A stretch of 44,469 nt of DNA from Porphyromonas sp. (GCA_034091595.1 JAXFXP010000154.1:1-44469), one strand, 5' to 3'. Counted from the first letter of the stretch, positions 1-9,701 are shown. Made by a program: numbers and translations. Notes: generated from the letters alone by a model not told the origin.

Positions 1-99
1 ACAAACATATGTTGCAAGGGCGATGAATAGGATGTCACACAATCTATATTTACAGCGGCCTAATACGCGTGGATCTGGGATAGTCTCGAAGTATTTCAT
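1..99 (-). CDS. ISAs1-family transposase, N-terminal fragment (partial)
   Basis: Manual translation from the ATG at 99 gives MKYFETIPDPRVLGRCKYRLCDILFIALATYVC. This fits the F..I.DPR....Y.L.DIL.IA pattern of ISAs1/H-repeat transposase N-termini. Confidence 0.85.
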   Translation of the reverse strand, partial: MKYFETIPDPRVLGRCKYRLCDILFIALATYVC

Positions 100-104
100 G
101 CTTA

Positions 105-112
105 CAAAGATA
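105..112 (-). promoter_or_regulatory. Bacteroidetes -7 element (TATCTTTG) for the transposase
   Basis: TAnnTTTG match 5 nt upstream of the transposase ATG. Confidence 0.6.
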
Positions 113-181
113 GCGCTTGTATTTTGATGCGGTTGCCCTGAACCCTCCGTCTGCTCTGGCTATAGATACTGCTAGAATGTC

Positions 182-189
182 TACCTTTG
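182..189 (+). promoter_or_regulatory. -7 element (TACCTTTG) for the chromate transporter
   Basis: TAnnTTTG match 37 nt upstream of the ATG at 227. Confidence 0.65.
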
Positions 190-226
190 CTCCATAGTGT
201 TACAATCCTAAGGAACGAAAACGAAC

Positions 227-817
227 ATGATATTCCTAGACTTATTCCTCACCTTCAGCAAGATTGGTATCGTAAACTTCGGTGGGGGCTATGCTATGCT
301 ATCGCTGATACAGAGCGAGGTCGTAACGAAGCACGCTTGGCTAACAACGCAGGAGTTTACCGATATTGTGGCTGTGAGCCAGATGACACCAGGGCCTATC
401 GGCATCAATGCTGCTACCTACGTCGGTTACACTGCAGTAGTCGAGGCTGGTTATTCCCCTTTTCTGGGCGTAGTGGGGAGTCTCGTGGCGACGCTCTCTG
501 TGATATGGCTCCCTTTTCTGCTGATGTACTTCGTGTCTCGTCTATTGCTGCGCTACAAGGAGCATCCGCACCTCAAGGGCGTTTTCTCGGTCATGCGCCC
601 AGCTATCGTCGGGCTGATTGCCGCTGCAGCCCTAGGCTTGATGGATGTCGCTAACTTTGGTTCTCCTAGTACAAGCCCTGGTCTCTTCGCTCAGAGCTTA
701 GTCCTCTTTGCTCTAGCTTTTGTCCTGAGCTACCGCTACAAGAAAAGCCCACTTGTCCTCATCGGTCTAGCAGCCCTTGTGGGGCTGGGTACAGGTGCCC
801 TAGGGCTATGGACTTAG
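227..817 (+). CDS. chrA: Short-chain chromate transporter (CHR family)
   Basis: Carries the KIGxxxFGGGYAM and SQMTPGPIGIN motifs; 196 aa and hydrophobic. Confidence 0.9.
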   Translation: MIFLDLFLTFSKIGIVNFGGGYAMLSLIQSEVVTKHAWLTTQEFTDIVAVSQMTPGPIGINAATYVGYTAVVEAGYSPFLGVVGSLVATLSVIWLPFLLMYFVSRLLLRYKEHPHLKGVFSVMRPAIVGLIAAAALGLMDVANFGSPSTSPGLFAQSLVLFALAFVLSYRYKKSPLVLIGLAALVGLGTGALGLWT

Positions 818-841
818 GCTAGCGCTAGTCTGTATATAATC

Positions 842-886
842 CAATCCCCAGACCTTGATGCTCTGCATCTTTGGGTCTGGGGATTG
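842..886. terminator. Hairpin between convergent genes
   Basis: 13-bp stem CAATCCCCAGACC/GGTCTGGGGATTG with an inner GATGC/GCATC stem. Confidence 0.7.
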
Positions 887-955
887 TGCTGTAATTAAGA
901 AGTTGAGTAGAGTATGCTAAGATATCAGGAGTGTCGTGCTTATCTCCCAAATAGC

Positions 956-992
956 TCGGGCTGTACCCCACCTGAATAGGGGTACAGCCCGA
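956..992. terminator. Hairpin downstream of the AspT/YidE transporter
   Basis: 14-bp perfect stem TCGGGCTGTACCCC/GGGGTACAGCCCGA. Confidence 0.7.
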
Positions 993-1017
993 AAGACTTT
1001 TTTGTCGCTGTCTGCGG

Positions 1018-2682
1018 CTATAACGTGAGCAATAAGAATATCTGAGCTAAAAGCACACGTAGAAACATCGTCAGAGGGTATACTGTGGCATATGCTGTAG
1101 ATTGTGCTTGTACGGGAGCAATACCGTTGGCAAACTCTAGAGCTGGAGGATCGGTCATAGAGCCTGCGATGCAACCACAGAGCTTGAGGTAGTTGATTTT
1201 GAGCATACGCCCAATGATGCCGACGAGCATAATGGGTATAAGCGTGATAGCTACACCATAAATCATCCAGTGCCATCCTCCCTCTACGATGGTCTTCACG
1301 AAGTCTCGCCCTGATAGCAAGCCCACACAGGCGAGGAAGAGGATGATCCCAAATTCTTTCATAAAGTAGCTGGTCCCAGGGGTCATATAGAAGCTTAGGC
1401 TACCGATACGTCCCTTATGTCCGAGGAGGATGGCTACGAGCAGAGGTCCGCCAGCTAAGCCCAGCTTGGCAGGGGCGGGTAGCCCAGGGAGGAAGATAGG
1501 TATGCTCCCGACGAGGATACCGATAAGGACGCCTAGGAAGATGGATACGATATTCGGTTTAGCTAGCTCTTTGACAGAGTCGCCTAGCTCGCGACGAATA
1601 TCCTTGAGAGCGTCTTTTTTGCCGACTACCTTGACCGTGTCGCCCAGCTCAAGGGTTGTCGTGCGTGTCGGTAGTATTTTGGAGCCATTGCGCAGTATGC
1701 GCGTAATGTTGGCGGGATAGCGACGGTATATACCTATCTGCTCTATAGTCTTGCCCACTATCTTGTGGTTGGTGATAAGCACGTTGATAGCTGCTAGTGG
1801 CCCAGCGAGATCTGCTTGGTTAGACAAGGTCTCTACCTTGCCAATTTTTAGCTCTAGGCTCTCTATCATGTTACGCGATGATACCCCGAGTAGTATGTCT
1901 CCCTCCTGCAGCGTCTCGTCGTCTGTGGCGATAAGACAGTCTCCATTGCGGTATATGCGAGATATGACGAGCTCTCGGTCAGTAACTTGGCTCAGGTAGC
2001 TGATACTGCGCCCATATAGATTGGGGTTGCTGACCGTAATGGTTACACGCTCGAGCTTGGTCTCGGTGCAGCTGAGGCTTTCTTGGTACTCCTCGACCTC
2101 TTTGTCTACTTTGATGCGGAAAGCGAGGCGGATGAACATCAATGTGATGATGATACCAATGATACCGAAGGGGTAGGCTAGGGCGTAAGCCATACCAGCC
2201 TCATCGGCGAGTGTGCTCATCTCTCCGCCTTGCTCGCTCAGTACCTGCTGTGCAGCCCCAAGGCTAGGGGTGTTGGTAACGGCTCCGCTGAGTATGCCAG
2301 CGACGATAGCTGGTGGCGTGTCCGTAAGGACGTGTATCAGGTAAGCCATGCCGACCCCACCGAGGACACTCGTTAGTGCTAGTAGGTTGAGGACGATACC
2401 GTCCTTGCGGAATGAAGAGAAAAAGCGGGGGCCCATATCGATACCTATACTGTATACGAATAGTATAAGGCCAAAGTCTCTGATGAAGTGCAGGACATGT
2501 TTGTCGATGGGGGCACCTAGATGGGCGAGTAGTAGACCGCTGAAAAGGACGCCAGCGACACCGAGCTTGAGGTTTCGGACCTCGAGCTTGCCGAGGTACA
2601 GCCCCAATATGGCCGCTAGACAGAGATAGATGACGGTAGAGGCGATGCTCTCCGTGCCAAAGAGTGTCTGTAGATACTCCAT
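1018..2682 (-). CDS. AspT/YidE/YbjL-family antiporter with two TrkA_C domains
   Basis: Duplicated membrane halves (GAVTNTPSLGAA; GSMTDPPAL...YATVYP) flank a soluble RCK_C-like region. The start is set at ATG 2682 because a -7 element lies at 2721-2728. Confidence 0.88.
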   Translation of the reverse strand: MEYLQTLFGTESIASTVIYLCLAAILGLYLGKLEVRNLKLGVAGVLFSGLLLAHLGAPIDKHVLHFIRDFGLILFVYSIGIDMGPRFFSSFRKDGIVLNLLALTSVLGGVGMAYLIHVLTDTPPAIVAGILSGAVTNTPSLGAAQQVLSEQGGEMSTLADEAGMAYALAYPFGIIGIIITLMFIRLAFRIKVDKEVEEYQESLSCTETKLERVTITVSNPNLYGRSISYLSQVTDRELVISRIYRNGDCLIATDDETLQEGDILLGVSSRNMIESLELKIGKVETLSNQADLAGPLAAINVLITNHKIVGKTIEQIGIYRRYPANITRILRNGSKILPTRTTTLELGDTVKVVGKKDALKDIRRELGDSVKELAKPNIVSIFLGVLIGILVGSIPIFLPGLPAPAKLGLAGGPLLVAILLGHKGRIGSLSFYMTPGTSYFMKEFGIILFLACVGLLSGRDFVKTIVEGGWHWMIYGVAITLIPIMLVGIIGRMLKINYLKLCGCIAGSMTDPPALEFANGIAPVQAQSTAYATVYPLTMFLRVLLAQIFLLLTL

Positions 2683-2720
2683 ACGTTGATGCTTAATGGT
2701 TTTGTTGTTGTGTAGTGTCA

Positions 2721-2728
2721 CAAAGGTA
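2721..2728 (-). promoter_or_regulatory. -7 element (TACCTTTG)
   Basis: CAAAGGTA on the plus strand, 38 nt upstream of ATG 2682. Confidence 0.65.
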
Positions 2729-3270
2729 AGTAATATCTCGAGATGTGCCAATATTAGGATGCACAGTGCTCCTCGGTAGAGTCTAGGCGTAGATGTCCAG
2801 GCTTAGAGGAAGTCCCCTTTGCTCTTGGGGTAGAGGCCAGATAAGTAGAGTCAGTGTGCTGCATCGGTTGGCTTAGATGAGGATTATCTTCGCTCCCATG
2901 CTCTGAATGCTGAACGTGTCGGGGATGCTTCACACGTAGCTGTCCGCTGGTGTAGCTGTGCATGACGGAGAGTACACGCGCTAGTGAATAGAGCGAAGCT
3001 AGGTTGCTTAAGCGTAGAGCGTACCGAGGAGCGTCTTGCGGGGGACTTCGGATACAGAGATGTAGGGCCTATAAACCCATTATGCCTGAGGCCAATATAC
3101 CTCTTGTGCTTCCGTTCAGCACGCTCTTAGTATTCGATGTCTAGGAGCTGAAGCGTTGTCGTTCTATAGGGCTTCCGCCTGCATCGTTCTGGACCGTGTA
3201 ATTGGCAAAGCTGTGGTTTGCTGTGGGGTCTACAGCATGTGTGCGATTTGGTAGTTTGTGGGAATATTTG

Positions 3271-3278
3271 TAACTTTG
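3271..3278 (+). promoter_or_regulatory. -7 element (TAACTTTG) with upstream TTTG motifs
   Basis: TAnnTTTG match with several upstream TTTG copies as -33 candidates; about 120 nt of leader follows. Confidence 0.7.
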
Positions 3279-3403
3279 CACCGAAGGGCTCTCATACTGT
3301 CAGGAAAATTGCCAGAAGGAGACTCTACCAACACTAAGCAATCTATAGCCCAGAGAATACCTCTCTGGAGGCACGACGTAAAACAAAATCAAAGAGAAAC
3401 GAG

Positions 3404-3886
3404 ATGATGAGAAAGATGATTATGATGCTGAGTCTTACGCTCGGCGCACTACTAGCATTCACTGCCTGCAAAAACGATAAAAACGACCCTAAGCCAAGCG
3501 AAGACTCTAGTTACCTCGTTGGCAAGACTTTCGTCAATGGTCAGAAGCCCCTCCTAGACAATGCCAACTACGACTATAGTCAGCTGAGCTTCTCGGCTGG
3601 TGCTACAGGGCGTTGGACACGTGCCTACTATGTATGTGGCGAAAATGCAGAGGGACGTGGTGAGGCGGCTGTCAGCGTCAGCTACAGCTACAGCAAGCCA
3701 CAGCTGACGATTCGGGTGACGACACCAGGCAAGGCGCTAAGCCTTGTGAATGGACAATACCGTATCGTAGATGTTGCTCCTGCGGAGCCTAAAGCTTTGA
3801 GCTTCGTTGTGGACGAAACAAAGGGAACGATTACAGGCCTTGGAGAGGCCGCAGACTATGTGCTAACGTTACAGCCTAGTCGCTAA
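3404..3886 (+). CDS. Hypothetical lipoprotein, probably surface-exported
   Basis: Signal peptide II (LAFTA-C) followed by the K/D-rich KNDKND, resembling a Bacteroidetes lipoprotein export signal. It has its own promoter and terminator. Confidence 0.8.
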   Translation: MMRKMIMMLSLTLGALLAFTACKNDKNDPKPSEDSSYLVGKTFVNGQKPLLDNANYDYSQLSFSAGATGRWTRAYYVCGENAEGRGEAAVSVSYSYSKPQLTIRVTTPGKALSLVNGQYRIVDVAPAEPKALSFVVDETKGTITGLGEAADYVLTLQPSR

Positions 3887-3930
3887 CCCAAGGCCTTCGG
3901 GCTATTTATTATACTACAATACTTAAGAGG

Positions 3931-3960
3931 AGCCGGATGCCCGTGAGGGTGTCCGGCTTT
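3931..3960 (+). terminator. Intrinsic terminator
   Basis: Stem AGCCGGATGCCC/GGGTGTCCGGCT with a GTGA loop, followed by a T-rich tail. Confidence 0.75.
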
Positions 3961-4321
3961 GTATTAATCAGGGCTGACTCATTAAAACCTTAGAGGCTGA
4001 GGCTCGCTGCTCTAGTGCGCAACGTCTCTACGAAATACTTCGGCTTTTGTCCATCTACAAGCGCCCCACTTATTCCCCTAATAGGGGACGACTTGTCCGC
4101 CTAGTAGGTCGCTAGAGCTCGCTCAGGTAGAGGATTCTCGCCTATGAGGAGGTACGGCCTAGTATTGCCCTCAATAGTCTCTTTAGTGCTGTATTATATG
4201 CTAGTGCTTTAGGCTAAGGGGTTTGAGAGCTTCGCCCTGCAATAGGTCGGTTGTGCTTACTTGCCCCAAAGGTATTAAATTTACAGTTCAATCTCGTGTA
4301 ACGTCTCATATTTACTATACG

Positions 4322-6271
4322 ATGAAAGTATTTACCTATATCCTAGCACTTGTATGCTGGAGCGTAACTCTTCCGATATGGGGGCAGCGCCCAGCTTTGA
4401 TACCCGAGCCTAAATCTATTAGTTGGGGTGAGGGGACTTTTCGCCTGCGAGAGACAGAGACGATTGTCTTATCCACCGATTCTCTACGGGCTCAGGCAGA
4501 GACTCTGCGTAGTATCTTGGGCGAGCGACTAAGTATCCAGACAGGAGGGCAGGGCGCTATCCGAGTAGAGATAGACCCCACCTTGCTGGCCCATGAAGGC
4601 CCAGAAGCCTATAGGCTGGAGGTTACCCCCAGTAGGATACACCTACGTGCGGGGACGTGCCACGGACTACACAATTCATTACAGACTCTGCGTCAGCTTG
4701 TTTCGGGGAGCTCAGAGATTCCCGTGGTATCCATACAGGACGCTCCTGCTTTTAGTTGGCGCGGCTATATGGTGGATGTTGGGCGTAATTATCAGGGGAT
4801 GGACATGCTACGTGAGCAAATAGATATAATGGCCCTGCTAAAGCTGAATGTTTTCCACTTTCATCTAACCGAAGATGTCGCTTGGCGTTTAGCCATAAAG
4901 CGCTATCCTCAGTTGACCGAGGCAAAGCATATGACCCGAGATCATGGCCTGTTCTATTCCGAGCGGGAGATGCGGCAGCTGATACAATATTGCCGAGAGC
5001 GCCACATACTGTTCGTCCCTGAGATTGATATGCCTGGACATTCGGCGGCTTTTAGGAGTGCTATGGGAGTGGATATGCAGAGCGAAGAGGGGCTACAGAT
5101 AACCCTCGACATATTGTCCGAGCTGCTCGATACCTATGGCTTTCGCTACATCCATATCGGAGCAGACGAGGTTAAGATAACGAACCCAGAGTTTTTGCCC
5201 CGCATCACGCAGTATTTAGAGAGTCGTGGTGTACAGGTCTTAGGTTGGCATCCAGGAGGGAAGCTAGGAGCCAATGTATGGCGCCAGCTCTGGGGTAGAG
5301 AGGTGAGCCCTCCTGGGGATAATGTCAGGGGCGTGCGTATCGATTCGCGCAACCTCTACCTCAATCATATGGACCCCTTGGAGAGCGTGGTACATATATA
5401 CAACAAGCGTATCCTCGATGTCGAGAGAGGTAGCAAACTCGATTTAGGAGCTACGCTCTGTCTCTGGAATGACCGCAGGCTACGACGAGGGGAAGATAAC
5501 CTAAGGCATAATGCCGTATATCCTGGTATGCTCGCCTTCGCTGAGCGTGCCTGGTGCGGGGGTGGACAGCTGGGGCAATCCTCGGCTATTAATGCAGAGC
5601 GGACAGCACTGGGCTCTTTTGCCCGCTTTGAGACTCGCATGATGGAGCTACGCAAGAAATTTTTAGCCGGCCTTCCTTTCCCCTATACCCCCCAATCAGA
5701 TGTCAAGTGGGACATCCTAGGGCCTTATCCTAATGGAGGAGATACGTCTAAGGCTTTTGGTATAGAGAGGGCGAGCGTAGCCGAACAGGCTAGTATGCCT
5801 GCAGATACTACCCTTGTGGGTGGTACCATCATATACCGACACTTCTGGGCACCGATACTCCGTGGACACTTTGTAGACCTTGTGGGAGATCAGACCTTTT
5901 ATGCTCGACGTATTATATACAGTCCGGAGGAACGAGAGGCCGACTATTGGATTTCGCTCTATCACTATTCGACTAGCCATCAGGCTCCGCCTCCACGCTC
6001 GGGTGCGTGGAATAATCTTGGTGGGGCAATATGGCTCAATGGTGAACGCCTAGAGCCTCCGCATTGGTTGCGCGCTGACCAAGAGGGAGACCTAGAGATA
6101 CCGCTTGAGGACGAGAATTATCAAATTCGTAGGCCCTACAAGCTACATCTGCGCAAGGGGGCCAACGTCTTGCTCATAAAAACTCCTATAGCCTCGCTCC
6201 AGAGTCCCTGGTGGTATTTCCCAAACAAGTGGATGTTTACCTGTATAGAGGCCCCTGACTGGGCTTTGTAG
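4322..6271 (+). CDS. GH20 beta-N-acetylhexosaminidase
   Basis: Contains DAPAFSWRGYMVDVGR, FHFHLTED, PEIDMPGH and the catalytic HIGADEV motif. The signal peptide begins at ATG 4322. Confidence 0.92.
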   Translation: MKVFTYILALVCWSVTLPIWGQRPALIPEPKSISWGEGTFRLRETETIVLSTDSLRAQAETLRSILGERLSIQTGGQGAIRVEIDPTLLAHEGPEAYRLEVTPSRIHLRAGTCHGLHNSLQTLRQLVSGSSEIPVVSIQDAPAFSWRGYMVDVGRNYQGMDMLREQIDIMALLKLNVFHFHLTEDVAWRLAIKRYPQLTEAKHMTRDHGLFYSEREMRQLIQYCRERHILFVPEIDMPGHSAAFRSAMGVDMQSEEGLQITLDILSELLDTYGFRYIHIGADEVKITNPEFLPRITQYLESRGVQVLGWHPGGKLGANVWRQLWGREVSPPGDNVRGVRIDSRNLYLNHMDPLESVVHIYNKRILDVERGSKLDLGATLCLWNDRRLRRGEDNLRHNAVYPGMLAFAERAWCGGGQLGQSSAINAERTALGSFARFETRMMELRKKFLAGLPFPYTPQSDVKWDILGPYPNGGDTSKAFGIERASVAEQASMPADTTLVGGTIIYRHFWAPILRGHFVDLVGDQTFYARRIIYSPEEREADYWISLYHYSTSHQAPPPRSGAWNNLGGAIWLNGERLEPPHWLRADQEGDLEIPLEDENYQIRRPYKLHLRKGANVLLIKTPIASLQSPWWYFPNKWMFTCIEAPDWAL

Positions 6272-6407
6272 CCGTAGTGCTTTGGGGAGGCCTTATAGAT
6301 ACTCCTGATGGCGTATGCTTCCCCATCGGTATGTACTGTGGAGGCTACTTGGGGGATTATAATTGATGGAGTTGGGCTCAGCCCTTGTTATTTCCCTGTG
6401 TATTGTG

Positions 6408-6415
6408 TACTTTTG
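6408..6415 (+). promoter_or_regulatory. -7 element (TACTTTTG) for susC
   Basis: TAnnTTTG match 25 nt upstream of ATG 6441. Confidence 0.6.
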
Positions 6416-6440
6416 GGGCTATAACCAAGATTAAGCATTT

Positions 6441-9400
6441 ATGCAAGAAAAAGACACAGTGTTATGGCGTGCTATGAGCCATGGTCTCTGGCGCAGCCTA
6501 ATGGCTCTAATGTTTCTTGTCTTGGGACTCAACTATACAACAGCACAGAGTCTCTCGGGGCGGCGTAGCATCAGCGGTGTAATCGTCGACGAACAAGAAC
6601 TAGCCCTGCCCAACGCAAGCATTGTAATCAAAGGTACCAAACGAGGAGTTACGGCTGACCTTGAGGGACGCTTTACTATAGAGGTGGAGCCAGGTCAGCG
6701 GACGCTCGTTATCTCTTATGTGGGGATGCAGAGCGAGGAGCTGACACTTACCGCTGGTCAGTCTCACTACCGAGTACAACTATTACCGGACAATGCCGCC
6801 CTAAACGAGGTCATCGTGACGGGCTATCAGACTATCAGCAAAGAGCGTGCTACGGGTTCCTTCGCCGTACTGACACCCAAGAGTCTCAAGGGTAAGCTAC
6901 AGACGGATATTGGGGCTCGCCTAGAGGGGCAGGTGGCGGGCCTCGTACAGCAGGGTGGAAGTCTGACGATACGTGGCATCTCTACGCTCAATGGGAATAC
7001 GCAGCCTCTGATCGTCGTAGATGGTATGCCTTACGAGGGTGCACTCAGTTCTATAAGTCCTGCGCTCATCGAGAACATTACCGTGCTCAAGGATGCCACT
7101 GCAGCCTCTATCTACGGAGCACGCTCGGCTAATGGCGTTATCGTGATCACGACTAAACGGGGCAACAACGAGGGCAAGACCGTGGTACAGTACGATGGTA
7201 GCGTGCGCTTCCGCCCACGCCCCGATATGGCGTATCTAGGCTTGGTAGGCTCGGCCGATATGGTACGCCTACAGCAGCTAGGCTTCCCCCAGACGACACC
7301 CAACGAAGACCCTCGCTACAGCGTAAATCCTGTGTACGCACTCCTCCGTGAGCATTCCGACGGTAAACTTAGTGATACGCAGCTGAGTACGGAGCTTGCT
7401 AAGCATGCAGGACGCGACAACCGCAGCCAGCTACGCGACTTCTATACGCGCCTAGGTGTGCTACAGCAGCATACGCTCTCCCTCTCTCGGGGCAACGATA
7501 AGCAACGCTATATCGCTAGCATAGACTATCTAGGCAATCGACCTATATCGCGCCATGCTTCGGACGAGCGTCTGGGCTTTAGCCTACGCAATAGCACTAC
7601 CTTCTTCCGATGGCTCAGGGCTGACCTCTCCATAGCGGGTAATTTCACGACCGATCGCTCGGACCTCGGTGTTAGTAGCTACGAAGAATTTTATCGTACT
7701 CAGCCGTCATACTATATGCTCCGTGATGCCGCAGGCCAGCCATTGCCTATACCTCAAACTAAGTCTGAGAGCGAGCTCCTGCGCCTGCGTAGCCTAGGCC
7801 TCCAGGATGAGGGCTATAGTCCTATTCTCAACGAAGGTAAGGAGACGGCTTTGAGCAAGAGCCAGCACTACCGTATACAGCTAGGCTTAGACTTTATCCT
7901 TTCGCATAGGCTCAATCTTAATCTAAAGTACCAGGCAGAGTTTGGCTCTGCGCACCAGCGTCAGCTCTATGCTGCCGACTCCTACAAGGTGCGTGCTATG
8001 ATAAACGATGCTGCTGTCTACGCCGAAGATACGGATGAACTGACGCTCAATGTCCCCGAGGGGGCTCAGCTGAGCGAGCAGCGCAGCGACAATACAGCAC
8101 ACACTCTGCGCGCACAATTCAACTATATGAACGAGTGGGGCAAGCATTATGTTACTGCCCTCGGAGGCTCGGAGGTTCGCCAGGTCAAAAGCTCAGGCAC
8201 CCAAAGCTATCTGATGGGTTATGACGATAATAGTCTAGGCCATACGCCCTACAATCCGATGGCGCTATTCAATCTGCGTGGGACGCAGTCTCTTAGTGGG
8301 GCCTTTATGTGGGACCACAATGAGCACAACTCGTTGTTTTATACCGAAGATCGCTTCGTGTCCTTCTATGCCAATGCTTCCTACACCTACGACCATCGCT
8401 ACAACCTGACGGGGAGTATCCGTATGGATCAGTCTAACCTTTTTGGTACAGACCCCAAGTATCAGTATCGTCCGCTGTGGTCTGTCGGGGCTAGCTGGTT
8501 CCTAAAGCGGGAGGCTTTTATGAGCAAACTAGAGTGGGTGGACCTACTTAATCTGCGCTTTACTTACGGTATACGTGGTAATGTGCCCAAGGAGGCAGGT
8601 CCCTTCCTTACACTCTATGCCCCTACATATACCAATTATATAGGAGCTATGGGTTCGCAGATCAAGAATCCACCCAACAGTTCGCTACGCTGGGAGAAGA
8701 CAGCCACTACCAATGTCGGCCTAGACTTTCAGCTCCTAGGGCATCGCCTGTTTGGTAGCGTAGACTACTACGATAAGTATACGACCGACCTATTGGCGCA
8801 GCGCAACGCTGACCCTACGCTTGGGCACAAGCAGCTGATGCTCAACTATGGACGTATGTCTAATAGAGGGATAGAGCTGACACTCGGGGGGCATATAGAC
8901 CTTGGCCCCGTCAAGTGGTCGCCCTCGCTGACCTATAGCTACAACAAAAATAAGCTACTCAATGTAGAGGAATCTTCTGTAGAGGTCTTATCGCGTTCGC
9001 GTGGCAATGCCTCTGTAGAGGGCTATCCGATGAGTGCGCTCTTCAGCTTCCGCTATGCTGGGCTGCGTGAGCGTGATGGTTTGCCACTCTTTTACTCTTC
9101 TGTAGCCAAGGCTCAGCCCTCAGACGAGGATGCTAAGGTGCGTACCATCACCTCGGTCGATGATCTCGTGTACTCTGGGACTACGGTACCTCCGCATGCC
9201 GCCTCATGGACAAATAGATTTGCGTGGAGAGATTTAGAGCTATCCTTTATGTTCGTTTACTACGGAGGGCACGTGATGCGTGGCGTAGCTGCCCCATGGG
9301 GGGCGGGCGACTTTGGCTCTAACCCCGTCCACGAGGGGCTCAACCCTTGGTTGCAGCCAGGTGATGAGACTAAGCCCGGTGTAACGCCCGGATTCGTCAA

Positions 9401-9701
9401 TGCAACGCTCGACCCAGTACGTCATCTGCATCCCTATGCCGCCTCGGATATCAATACCTACAGGGGAGACTATATCAAGCTGCGTGATCTCTCGCTCAGC
9501 TACACATTGCCTCGTACTTTCGTCCGACGTCTAGGTATGAGTGCTGCTTCGCTTAGCCTACAGCTACAGAACCTGTGGACCTGGACGGCCAACGACCGAG
9601 GTTATGACCCTGAGGCTATGACTACCTATGCCTACGGATGGGGTATGCGCACACTACCAACGCCTACGACCTATACCTTAGGGCTATCTGTTACATTCTA
9701 A
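6441..9701 (+). CDS. SusC/RagA-family TonB-dependent transporter
   Basis: N-terminal extension, EVIVTGY TonB-box region, plug motif VLKDATAASIYGARSANGVIVITTKRG, LRWEKT and C-terminal LSVTF. Confidence 0.95.
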   Translation: MQEKDTVLWRAMSHGLWRSLMALMFLVLGLNYTTAQSLSGRRSISGVIVDEQELALPNASIVIKGTKRGVTADLEGRFTIEVEPGQRTLVISYVGMQSEELTLTAGQSHYRVQLLPDNAALNEVIVTGYQTISKERATGSFAVLTPKSLKGKLQTDIGARLEGQVAGLVQQGGSLTIRGISTLNGNTQPLIVVDGMPYEGALSSISPALIENITVLKDATAASIYGARSANGVIVITTKRGNNEGKTVVQYDGSVRFRPRPDMAYLGLVGSADMVRLQQLGFPQTTPNEDPRYSVNPVYALLREHSDGKLSDTQLSTELAKHAGRDNRSQLRDFYTRLGVLQQHTLSLSRGNDKQRYIASIDYLGNRPISRHASDERLGFSLRNSTTFFRWLRADLSIAGNFTTDRSDLGVSSYEEFYRTQPSYYMLRDAAGQPLPIPQTKSESELLRLRSLGLQDEGYSPILNEGKETALSKSQHYRIQLGLDFILSHRLNLNLKYQAEFGSAHQRQLYAADSYKVRAMINDAAVYAEDTDELTLNVPEGAQLSEQRSDNTAHTLRAQFNYMNEWGKHYVTALGGSEVRQVKSSGTQSYLMGYDDNSLGHTPYNPMALFNLRGTQSLSGAFMWDHNEHNSLFYTEDRFVSFYANASYTYDHRYNLTGSIRMDQSNLFGTDPKYQYRPLWSVGASWFLKREAFMSKLEWVDLLNLRFTYGIRGNVPKEAGPFLTLYAPTYTNYIGAMGSQIKNPPNSSLRWEKTATTNVGLDFQLLGHRLFGSVDYYDKYTTDLLAQRNADPTLGHKQLMLNYGRMSNRGIELTLGGHIDLGPVKWSPSLTYSYNKNKLLNVEESSVEVLSRSRGNASVEGYPMSALFSFRYAGLRERDGLPLFYSSVAKAQPSDEDAKVRTITSVDDLVYSGTTVPPHAASWTNRFAWRDLELSFMFVYYGGHVMRGVAAPWGAGDFGSNPVHEGLNPWLQPGDETKPGVTPGFVNATLDPVRHLHPYAASDINTYRGDYIKLRDLSLSYTLPRTFVRRLGMSAASLSLQLQNLWTWTANDRGYDPEAMTTYAYGWGMRTLPTPTTYTLGLSVTF

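Larger units (their letters stand above)
1..140 (-). mobile_element. Left end of an ISAs1-family insertion sequence (truncated by window start)
   Basis: The minus strand begins CAGGGCAACCGCATCAAA (123-140), identical over 18 bp to the plus strand at 44329-44346. It is followed by the N-terminus of an ISAs1-type transposase. Confidence 0.9.

Noticed and set aside
2754-2963. 69-aa minus-strand ORF
   Set aside because: No recognisable motif, and it ends in the promoter region of the transporter gene; likely spurious.
3278-3330. GCACCGAAGG resembling a glycine riboswitch
   Set aside because: The remaining consensus elements are missing or out of order, and the motif overlaps the predicted TSS.
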